From: Calditrichaceae bacterium
GTDB lineage: Bacteria; Calditrichota; Calditrichia; Calditrichales; JBFXGD01
DNA length: 36,308 bases
Direction of reading: 5' to 3'
NCBI GenBank assembly: GCA_050173015.1
Contig: JBFXLE010000032.1
Location: 1 to 36,308, forward strand
The notes beneath the pieces were generated by a model. That model made no database searches. It was not told the DNA's origin and saw nothing but the letters and a program-made list of their open reading frames with translations. Shown piece by piece: positions 27,935 through 36,308 of the stretch. Position numbers and translations under genes: made by a program. How positions within the stretch are numbered: the first letter of the stretch is position 1; each line of letters starts with the position of its first letter.

Positions 27935-28312
27935 TCATTCGTTGGAGTGAAGCGCGACCCGATTACCCTCGCTGTCCTCAAAATGACATACAAACCCGTA
28001 TTCACCGATACTCATTTTGGAATTTAATATTTTACCTCCTTTTTCCTGAACTCTTTGAATAGAATCATCCAAATCATCCACCGCAAAATAAACCATACAG
28101 CCCGAATTAGAAGGTATGTAGCTTTTGGCTTTTACAAGTGTGCCCGTCGCGCCCGGCCCGTTCAGCTTCCCGGGAAACCAGGCCATTTCCGGAGGGCCGG
28201 TCTCGTTTAATACAAGTTCTATCCCTAACACGTACTCATAAAATTCTTTCGCCCGGATCAAATCATTTACCGGTATCTCAAACCAGTTGACGGGATTTTT
28301 TTGTAATGACAT
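27935..28312 (-). CDS. VOC/glyoxalase family protein
   Basis: NPVNWFEIPVNDL.RAKEFY, VYFAVDDLD, FEDSEGNRVALHS. Confidence 0.92.
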   Translation of the reverse strand: MSLQKNPVNWFEIPVNDLIRAKEFYEYVLGIELVLNETGPPEMAWFPGKLNGPGATGTLVKAKSYIPSNSGCMVYFAVDDLDDSIQRVQEKGGKILNSKMSIGEYGFVCHFEDSEGNRVALHSNE

Positions 28313-28688
28313 ACTATGCTCGCGCTATTAAAATTTTTGACTATTCAGTGATAACGAAAATATTGAATTACTGATTTCAATTTTTAAAAATGATTGTAAA
28401 TAGATAGAAAAACGCCGATATATATAGAGATCATCAGTGAATATATTTTAACATCCTGAAATATTTATTGCAGGTTTCGGTTTTATCAGATATTGATCAG
28501 TCATAGTCGATGAGGATAATCGAGAATATATGTGATTTTTGATTATGTGAATTATTCTGATATCAATTGATTTCCTCCGCCCACTATTTCTCAAACTGTT
28601 TTGACGCAATGCGCTAAATCCCGCAATCATATAATCTGAATTTTAAATAAATGTTTAAGCACCTGTCCAAAAAGGAAAGGAGCATCAA

Positions 28689-29558
28689 ATGTTTTCCAAC
28701 AAAGCGCGTAGAGAATTTTTGGTGGTTTTTTGCTTGCTTCTCTTGTTACCGGATTGGGACGGTAGAAGTCAAAATCCTCAGAACTTGCCCGTATATCTGC
28801 AAGATCGCGGAACGGGTGTACCCACATCCATGTTCGGCACTTACATTAGGGGTGGGGAACTTCTCATCTATCCCTTTTTTGAATATTACTATGACAAAGA
28901 CGCCGAATATGCCCCATCCGATTTCGGATATGATCTGGACCGGGATTTCAGGGGGAAATACACGGCGACCGAAGGACTCATATTTCTCGGATACGGTATA
29001 ACTGACAGACTTATCATAGAAGTTGAAGCGGCGGTGATCTCTGCCACCCAGAATAGGGCAGGGGATGATAATTCAGGAATGCCGGAAAAAATTGAAGAAT
29101 CGGGTCTGGGTGACGTTCAGACGCAATTTGATTATTACTGGTTGAAAGAATCGAATTCGCGTCCGGGCGCATTCAGTTATTTTGAAATCGTCTATCCGTT
29201 TAATAAGGATAAAGAATTAATCGGTACTGCTGACTGGGAATTTAAAGGGGGAACCGGTATCATCCGCGGATTCGGATGGGGAACCATATCTATCAGAGGC
29301 GCGCTTGAATACAACAAGTCGGAGGATAAATTTGAAATCGGAGAAATTGCCGTGGATTATCTTAAACGTCTCTCAAACATTTGGCGCGTTTATGCCGGGA
29401 TTGAGGGAACACAGGATGAAGTTGAGCTGATCACAGAAGCGCAGCTTCACTTGTCCAGGCGTGTTTTTATAAAATTCAATAATGCGTTCGGTATCAGTTC
29501 TAAAGCAACGGGTTGGGCTCCAGAGATAGGTGTTATGTTTTCTTTCAATGGCCGTTAA
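28689..29558 (+). CDS. Hypothetical exported protein, probable outer-membrane beta-barrel
   Basis: Signal-like N-terminus, SGLGDVQ motif, alternating hydrophobic strands, C-terminal GVMFSF. Confidence 0.6.
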   Translation: MFSNKARREFLVVFCLLLLLPDWDGRSQNPQNLPVYLQDRGTGVPTSMFGTYIRGGELLIYPFFEYYYDKDAEYAPSDFGYDLDRDFRGKYTATEGLIFLGYGITDRLIIEVEAAVISATQNRAGDDNSGMPEKIEESGLGDVQTQFDYYWLKESNSRPGAFSYFEIVYPFNKDKELIGTADWEFKGGTGIIRGFGWGTISIRGALEYNKSEDKFEIGEIAVDYLKRLSNIWRVYAGIEGTQDEVELITEAQLHLSRRVFIKFNNAFGISSKATGWAPEIGVMFSFNGR

Positions 29559-29712
29559 GAAAGACAGGATTTTAAAATGAATTAGAAACGCGGGAAAATT
29601 TATTTTCAAGAGCTCGGTTTTTTAAGTATATTTCACATTAAATTTGTAATGGACTCTGTTTAATTTCAGTGTAAATAATGTATTTAATGACAAATTTGGA
29701 TCCGGTTCACAG

Positions 29713-30840
29713 GTGAAAATGGGTAAAATTAAACTGCTCTTCAAAATTGGATATGCCTATCATAAGGCGGCATTTGATCCTGTTATTGACCTACTCTTAA
29801 AAAATCCTGATTATGATGTCTGGTTTCAACTGGACATGGAGAAAAAACGATATCTGATTTTCGATATTCCCTATCAGCAGCCTGTCATTGATGAGTGGAA
29901 AAAACTCGGATACAGATTTACGACAGAAACAAGGGGATTTGACATTGTTATTGCCGGGGATACCTTAAGAAACGCGCCGGCTTACGGGAATACTCTGCTT
30001 TGCTTCCTGAATCACGGTACGGGGATAAAAAACATTCTTTACCGAGAACTGGCGAAAAGGCCTAATGATAAATATCAGATATTTGTGGAGGGACAGCACC
30101 GGGTGGATTCCCTGAATAAATCCGGCAGGCTTGGTAAAAACGAAGTGCATCTCATAGGTCTCCCGAAACTGGATTATTATTTTCAGGGAAAATTTAATAA
30201 CAGGGCTGAAATTCTGACAAAATTGGGACTGGATCCCGGTAAGAAAACGGTCATGTACGCGCCGACCTATAAGCCGACCTCCATGTACAAAATTAAAGAT
30301 GACCTGTTTGAGCAAACCGGGGAATATAATTTAATCATAAAACTGCACCCATACAGCTGGATGGGAAAATACGCTCCGCACAGACAGCATCTCATCTATG
30401 AACGCCGGGTCAAGAAATATCGCCATGCCGTCCTGCTTCCCTTTGAAGAATACAGCATTGTGCCATATTATGCCGTTGCCGACACACTGATCAGCGAAGC
30501 GTCGAGCACGGTATTTGATTTTTTAGCCTTAGAAAAATTCGGCATCATATTTGACCTGCCAAGCGATCGCCTGAAACATTCGGACGGCGAACCTCTGCTC
30601 GAGATTGACAACAGAGAGTTTTTAAATGGGGCATTTGTGCATATCGACTCCGGGAAACAGATCAAAAAAGCGGTTGAACAGGCGCTAAATCCGACGGAAG
30701 AAATGGTCAAAAATGCCGACAGGTACCGCGATAACCTGTTTTATAAGCTTGACGGCAATGCATCAGAAAGACTGATTCAACAAATTGAAAAATTATATGG
30801 GGAAGGCGGTCATAATAATGACCCGGATTCCGGAGTTTAA
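29713..30840 (+). CDS. CDP-glycerol glycerophosphotransferase (TagB/TagF-like) family protein (start may be ATG 29719)
   Basis: LNHGTGIK, GLPKLD, VMYAPTY, IKLHP, DTLISEASS..FDF, DGNASER. Confidence 0.82.
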   Translation: MKMGKIKLLFKIGYAYHKAAFDPVIDLLLKNPDYDVWFQLDMEKKRYLIFDIPYQQPVIDEWKKLGYRFTTETRGFDIVIAGDTLRNAPAYGNTLLCFLNHGTGIKNILYRELAKRPNDKYQIFVEGQHRVDSLNKSGRLGKNEVHLIGLPKLDYYFQGKFNNRAEILTKLGLDPGKKTVMYAPTYKPTSMYKIKDDLFEQTGEYNLIIKLHPYSWMGKYAPHRQHLIYERRVKKYRHAVLLPFEEYSIVPYYAVADTLISEASSTVFDFLALEKFGIIFDLPSDRLKHSDGEPLLEIDNREFLNGAFVHIDSGKQIKKAVEQALNPTEEMVKNADRYRDNLFYKLDGNASERLIQQIEKLYGEGGHNNDPDSGV

Positions 30841-30883
30841 TTTTTAGAGTTTAATATTTAATATTTAATGAAACGGACGATTT

Positions 30884-31588
30884 ATGAAAGCAGTGATTAT
30901 CGCGGCCGGTAACGGCACCAGATTATGGCCAAGCACCAACAAAACACCGAAAACACTATTGCCCCTGGGAAACGGCACCATATTATCAAACATCATGTCA
31001 AATTTATCCGCTGCCGGCGTGGATGAGTTCTTTATTGTCATCGGTTTTGGCGGAGAAAAAATCAGAGAATATCTGACAAAAAATAATTCTTTCGGCCACA
31101 AGGTTCTTTTCGTTGAAAATAATGAATATCATAAAGGCAACGGTATTTCTGTCCTGGCCGCAAAAGCAGCGCTTCAAAACCAGGAATTTATTTTATCCAT
31201 GTCCGATCATATTGTGCCTTTTAAAGCCGTAAAAATGGTGGTCGAATCAAAAGCAAAACAAAATTTGTTACTGGTAGATAAAAGGATAGATCAGATTTTT
31301 GATATTGACGATGCTACAAAAGTGTGGATAGATAATACGAAAATTTTAAAAATAGGTAAGAATATCCCGGAATACAACGCGATTGATTGCGGTATCTTCC
31401 GGTTGAATCCGCGGTTTTTCGACGCGATGAGCGAACAGCTAAAACATGACCGCGAATCCATCAGCGCGGCCATCGAGATTCTGATCAGGAATGGGGATAT
31501 GAAGGCCGTTGTGATGGATTCTGCCGCGCGCTGGATTGACATTGATACACCTCAGGCTTATGACCATGCGCAAAAGATGGTGTTCTAA
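30884..31588 (+). CDS. Nucleotidyltransferase (LicC/IPCT-like cytidylyltransferase)
   Basis: MKAVIIAAGNGTRL...PKTL, GNGISV, MSDH, DDATKV, DCGIF, WIDIDT. Confidence 0.88.
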   Translation: MKAVIIAAGNGTRLWPSTNKTPKTLLPLGNGTILSNIMSNLSAAGVDEFFIVIGFGGEKIREYLTKNNSFGHKVLFVENNEYHKGNGISVLAAKAALQNQEFILSMSDHIVPFKAVKMVVESKAKQNLLLVDKRIDQIFDIDDATKVWIDNTKILKIGKNIPEYNAIDCGIFRLNPRFFDAMSEQLKHDRESISAAIEILIRNGDMKAVVMDSAARWIDIDTPQAYDHAQKMVF

Positions 31589-31902
31589 GAAAAAAAATAG
31601 TTGTTTCCGATTCACTTTTTATCCTTCCCGCGATTAAAGAGTTGACCAAAAAAGTCGATCATCCGACCTTGCAAGTTGTTTTCAGTGTCAACAGTTTATG
31701 ATGAACTACAGCATTTATAAAATATATAGTAACCCCTTTCCAGGAATTTACTGAGTAAATAAGTCCGAAACGGATCAATAGGGGAGTTTTTTTTATTCGG
31801 TATGTTAGTAGTTAACAACTACAATATTTGAGAAATAATCGAAATATAGATTTGATCCGGGCGGGGGACAGAGTTGAAAAATAATTAACAGGAAGTAAAT
31901 CA

Positions 31903-34065
31903 ATGAACGCAAACCGCATACTGATTGTAGATGACAATGAAGCCATCCACGGTGATTTTAAAGCGATTCTCGGACAGTCATTATCCAATGAACTGGATAA
32001 AAAAGCTCTCGAGCTGGAAAATGAACTGTTTGGCGCTGATTTTTCGGGAGACGGAAAAGATGATTCCGAACTGGTTGAATATCGCATTGATGATGCGTAT
32101 CAGGGAGATGAAGCCATCCGAATGGTAGAAAAAGCCGCTGCCGAAGGGGATCCATACGCGTTGATATTTATGGATGTGCGCATGCCTCCCGGGATTGACG
32201 GAATTCAATCTACAAAGAAAATTTGGGAAAAATATCCGCTCACGGAAGTTGTGATATGCACGGCTTATTCTGATTATTCATGGGATGAAATTATACGGCA
32301 TCTGGGTAAAACCGATAAACTCCTTTTTATGAAAAAACCGTTTAATACCACATCGATTAAACAGATTGCTCTTTCTTTGACCACAAAATGGAACTTACAA
32401 CAAAAATCAGCCCATTATATTGATGATCTTGAGTCGGATGTGTCCGAGAGGACAAGACAGTTAGAATTAATGATTGAGGAATTGAAGGCTCTTAAAGAAA
32501 AAGCCGATCACGCGGCAGAAGCAAAGGGACAATTTTTGGCAAATATGAGCCATGAAATCCGTACACCGCTCAACGGCATCATGGGTATGAATGATCTGAT
32601 ACTTGAGACAGACCTGAATGAAGAACAAAAGGAATACGCGGAAACCATAAAGTCATCAGCGACCTCATTCCTGGATCTTATCAATGATATACTCGATTTT
32701 TCCAAGGTTGAAGCAGGTATGCTCGAAATAGAAAACATTAGTTTTGATCTCAGAAATACTGTTGAAGGTGTTGCGGAAATGCTGAAACTCATGGCAGCCG
32801 AAAAAAATATCGAACTCGCCACTCTGATTCACGGAAATGTCGCGCAATATATCATCGGTGATCCAGGGAGGCTCCGGCAGGTTTTAGTAAACCTCACAAA
32901 TAATGCGATCAAGTTTACGAGCAGCGGTGAGATTATTGTTGAAGTGACCGCCAAAGAGTCCATGCTCTATTTTTCGGTCATGGATACGGGTATCGGGATC
33001 GAAGAAGAGAAAACGGCAAAACTTTTTGATGCTTTCACCCAGGCGGATTCTTCCACTACCAGACAATACGGTGGTACCGGTCTCGGGCTGGCCATTTCGA
33101 AGCAGCTGGTCACTCTGATGGGCGGGGAGATAGGTGTCCATAGCAAACCCGGACAGGGAAGCACTTTTTGGTTTACGATTACCCTTATCCCGGATACGGT
33201 ATCCAGATATGAATCGTCGCCGAGTTTGGCTGACATCGATGGTACCCGCATACTTGTGGCTGGTGATCAGCCGATGAGTCAGCGAATTCTGTCCATCTAT
33301 CTTGATTCATGGAACTGTCTCACAGCCATAGCCAATTCCGCCGAAGCGGCCATCGATAAGTTTAAAACGAATGAATTTGAAATTGTCCTGGTGAATTTCA
33401 GCAGACCGGAAGACGCCATTGAATTTGCGGATAAGCTAAAGAATGTATCAGGTGGAAAAGAAGCCGCGCTCATATTTTATACAAACAACGGAAAACGTAA
33501 TGAACCGCAAGCCTTAAAGGAAGCGGGTTATTCAGCTTATTTATCAAAACCGATCAAACAAAGACATCTTTATAACACGATTGCCAGAACTCTGGGAAGG
33601 AATGTTGAAGAACCTTCAAATAATGAATATAAGCTTTTGACTAAGCATATCATCGATGAAGAACTTGGGAATAGAATATCTGTTTTGATTGCCGAAGACA
33701 ATAAAATCAATCAGAAATTGGTGGTAAAGATTCTTGAAAAAGCGGGCATCCGGTCAGATGTCGCCACCAACGGCCTGGACGCCCTGGAAGCAGTCCGGAA
33801 AAATAGGTATGATATAATTTTAATGGATTGCCAAATGCCCGGAATGGACGGGTATCAGGCGACACAGGCTATTCGGGAAATGGAGAGTAAAAACAATGGG
33901 CAATCCCTGCCCATTGTCGCGCTGACGGCCCATGCATTTAGAGAAGACCTGAAAAAATGCATTGATTCGGGTATGCAGGACTATCTGATCAAACCTATCA
34001 AAAAAGAAGATTTGTTAAATATGGTGATCAAATGGACGGTCAACAGGATGGATGAAAGGGAGTGA
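31903..34065 (+). CDS. Soluble hybrid histidine kinase: REC-HisKA-HATPase-pseudoREC-REC
   Basis: ILIVDD...[52 protein letters not shown]...LMDCQMP. Confidence 0.95.
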   Translation: MNANRILIVDDNEAIHGDFKAILGQSLSNELDKKALELENELFGADFSGDGKDDSELVEYRIDDAYQGDEAIRMVEKAAAEGDPYALIFMDVRMPPGIDGIQSTKKIWEKYPLTEVVICTAYSDYSWDEIIRHLGKTDKLLFMKKPFNTTSIKQIALSLTTKWNLQQKSAHYIDDLESDVSERTRQLELMIEELKALKEKADHAAEAKGQFLANMSHEIRTPLNGIMGMNDLILETDLNEEQKEYAETIKSSATSFLDLINDILDFSKVEAGMLEIENISFDLRNTVEGVAEMLKLMAAEKNIELATLIHGNVAQYIIGDPGRLRQVLVNLTNNAIKFTSSGEIIVEVTAKESMLYFSVMDTGIGIEEEKTAKLFDAFTQADSSTTRQYGGTGLGLAISKQLVTLMGGEIGVHSKPGQGSTFWFTITLIPDTVSRYESSPSLADIDGTRILVAGDQPMSQRILSIYLDSWNCLTAIANSAEAAIDKFKTNEFEIVLVNFSRPEDAIEFADKLKNVSGGKEAALIFYTNNGKRNEPQALKEAGYSAYLSKPIKQRHLYNTIARTLGRNVEEPSNNEYKLLTKHIIDEELGNRISVLIAEDNKINQKLVVKILEKAGIRSDVATNGLDALEAVRKNRYDIILMDCQMPGMDGYQATQAIREMESKNNGQSLPIVALTAHAFREDLKKCIDSGMQDYLIKPIKKEDLLNMVIKWTVNRMDERE

Positions 34066-34181
34066 ATTTATTGTCTGCGCCTGCGATTTGCTTATAAAAG
34101 AATCGCCGGTGATTCCGTCGTTGCGGATTAATATTTATAATTAAGTAAAACTATATTGTTAAAGATTCCCGGAATGAAGAA

Positions 34182-35849
34182 ATGAAGAAGTCAGATAGAA
34201 AGCTATTTAACAGAACTATTTCCAGAAAAGTAAAACTGGCGACATTAATCAATATGCTGATCGGATTGATTGCTGTTTTTGTGTATATCTATGTTCCGGC
34301 GCTTCTGGAAAACAGAGCATCTGACATAATAAAGGTTCAGGCGCAAAGTATTGCTGAAATGTCAGCGGTAAATATAGGGGTTACCCTTTCGCTTGGTGAT
34401 GTTGAAACAATCAGCAGATCATTTGAAAATTCCAATCAATCCGAAAATCTGGCCTATTTCATCGTGGAAGATACTGCGGGTGTCCTTATCTCGTCTCACC
34501 ACGAGAAGATCGCGCGGAAAGCGCGTTATAAAGAATCATCCGGTGAAGAGAAATCTGTTTTAGAAAATGATATCTATAAAATCAGGACTCCCGTTATTTA
34601 TGGCGGGCAACAGATCGGCATGTTGTACCAGGGGTTCTCACTGGAAAAAATAAAAAGAGAAATTTCGGCTACAAAAAAAACAATTCTTCACGCCAGCCTC
34701 CTGATCTTTGTGCTTGGTACGATTGGAGTAATCGGAATAAGTTATCTTTTAATGAATCCCATTCATAAAATGATCGGAACTGTGTTGTCGATTTCGCAGG
34801 GGGATCTGTCCCAGAGAACCAAAATCAACTCGGATGATGAAATCGGTCGTCTTGCCAAAGCATTTAATGAAATGGTCGATAATCTGCAGACTGCCCAGGA
34901 AAATCTAAAAACAGCGAATGAGCGATCTGAGAGACGCGCCGAACAGCTTCAGGTGGAGATTGTCGAACGCCAGAAAGCCGAACAGGAACGGGAAGCCATA
35001 CATAAGGAACTGAATGAAGTCGCCCGTCGCGCCGGCATGGCTGATGTGGCCACAAGCGTCTTACATAATGTCGGCAATGTCCTGAATACCGTAAACACTT
35101 CTGTCTCTGTCTTACGAGATACGATGGATCATTCAAAACTGAATGGATTATATAAGGCAAATTTAATGCTGAGAGATAATTTTAACCGTATTGAAGATTT
35201 TATCGCGCATGACAAGAAGGGGAAAATGCTCCTGGAATATTATTTGACGCTGGAGGATTTGTTGCGGAAAGAACAGATCATACTGACAAAAAGCATGAAT
35301 AAACTTGAAGAAAAGGTTGCTGTGATAACCGATATTATAACATCCCAGCAGAATTTCGCGATGGAAGGACTTTATGCCGAAAAAATGAATCTTTCGGAAG
35401 TGATTGACAGCGCCATGAAAATACAGCAAAACTCGATCGTGAAAAATGAGATCAATCTTCATAAAATTTACAAATCCGATCCACAGGTTAAGATTCAAAA
35501 AATAAAATTGGTTCATATTTTAGTGAATCTGTACAAAAACGCTAAAGAAGCGATGATGGAAACGGAACCGGCCAAAAGGATACTCAGAATTGAGCTTAAT
35601 AATGATCATGAATATGCATACATCACCATTTCAGACACGGGGCCGGGTATTTCCGGAGAAAATTTGGAAAAGATATTTAATCACGGATTTACAACCAAAG
35701 AAAAAGGTCACGGCTTTGGCTTACACAGTTGCGCCAATTATATGACTGAAATGGGCGGTAAAATGTGGGCTGAAAGTGATGAAAAAAACGGCGCGACTTT
35801 CGTTTTACAGTTTCCGATGAATGGACCGCATGACAATGATATGAAATAA
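34182..35849 (+). CDS. Membrane sensor histidine kinase with a HAMP domain
   Basis: Two TM segments, HAMP DDEIGRLAKAFNEM, H-box ATSVLHNVGNVL, NLYKNAKEA, DTGPGI, FTTK, GHGFGL. Confidence 0.93.
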   Translation: MKKSDRKLFNRTISRKVKLATLINMLIGLIAVFVYIYVPALLENRASDIIKVQAQSIAEMSAVNIGVTLSLGDVETISRSFENSNQSENLAYFIVEDTAGVLISSHHEKIARKARYKESSGEEKSVLENDIYKIRTPVIYGGQQIGMLYQGFSLEKIKREISATKKTILHASLLIFVLGTIGVIGISYLLMNPIHKMIGTVLSISQGDLSQRTKINSDDEIGRLAKAFNEMVDNLQTAQENLKTANERSERRAEQLQVEIVERQKAEQEREAIHKELNEVARRAGMADVATSVLHNVGNVLNTVNTSVSVLRDTMDHSKLNGLYKANLMLRDNFNRIEDFIAHDKKGKMLLEYYLTLEDLLRKEQIILTKSMNKLEEKVAVITDIITSQQNFAMEGLYAEKMNLSEVIDSAMKIQQNSIVKNEINLHKIYKSDPQVKIQKIKLVHILVNLYKNAKEAMMETEPAKRILRIELNNDHEYAYITISDTGPGISGENLEKIFNHGFTTKEKGHGFGLHSCANYMTEMGGKMWAESDEKNGATFVLQFPMNGPHDNDMK

Positions 35850-35960
35850 GATTTTATGGCAACCGGGTTTTGCGCGCCCAAAGACCTTGGATTGGTTTTA
35901 TACTGAAGATACACAAAAAATCCGCGGCCGCGCGACCAACATACATTCACCTCACTCCCA

Positions 35961-36143
35961 CTTCTTTTTCTTGCTTCCTACTTCTTACTTCTTTGTCTGA
36001 ACTATGATTCGCCTGATTAAATGAAAACTCTGATTTCCAATTTTTTAATTATCCAAATCATTTAATCATTTTAATCCACCAGAGGCGGACACGTCCCGGT
36101 TCAGACCATTTTTCCTCTTTTATCTTTTATCTTTTGTCTTTTT
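35961..36143. repeat. Degenerate pyrimidine-rich heptamer tandem repeats
   Basis: CTTCCTA-CTTCTTA-CTTCTTT (~35974-35994) and TCTTTTA-TCTTTTA-TCTTTTG-TCTTTTT (36116-36143). Confidence 0.5.
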
Positions 36144-36308
36144 TCTTCTCCTAACCCACCCCGCGCGCGATAATTCGTGCACTTCCCCTCCCTTATGCAT
36201 CAGGCTGTTGCAGATTATTGTTGAGGGGATAGTTCATATTACGTAAATTTATTGCCATAAACTGAGTCATACTTTTAAGGATTTTTATGGGATTTATATC
36301 AAGCGACC

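Noticed and set aside
28313-28688. Short ORFs (60-66 aa) in the divergent AT-rich intergenic region
   Set aside because: No RBS or motif support. This is likely a promoter region.

Overview
Bacterial chromosomal window, probably from a diderm FCB-group lineage such as Calditrichota or KSB1 (inferred from a protein with a 'QNHPNPFNP...SGVYF' C-terminal sorting domain and from the TonB receptors). (1) 1-126: right end of an IS4-family element. (2) 185-6426: a complete, compact type II-C CRISPR-Cas locus, with a minus-strand tracrRNA that has its own promoter and terminator, cas9 (995 aa)-cas1-cas2, a bidirectional terminator, and an antisense array of 26 x 36-nt repeats and 25 spacers. The terminal repeat is flanked on both sides by sequence complementary to it. 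(3) 6446-23622: a 14-gene operon with a near-consensus promoter and a palindromic operator. It encodes a lipoprotein metallophosphoesterase, a GntR/UTRA regulator, a CblT-like ECF S component, a CblS-like kinase, ECF A/T components, an ADP-ribosylglycohydrolase, two BtuB-like receptors, a BtuG-like beta-propeller lipoprotein, a BtuF-like binding protein, an HxExK-type SAH/SIH hydrolase, NupC and an adenosine deaminase. I propose it is a riboswitch-free cobamide lower-ligand / alpha-nucleoside salvage or catabolic system (inference). (4) 23.9-36.3 kb: a secreted sorting-domain protein, a VOC-ygiD-VOC cluster, a beta-barrel protein, a glycerophosphotransferase/nucleotidyltransferase pair and two histidine kinases. 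All family calls are motif recognition by eye; no searches were run.
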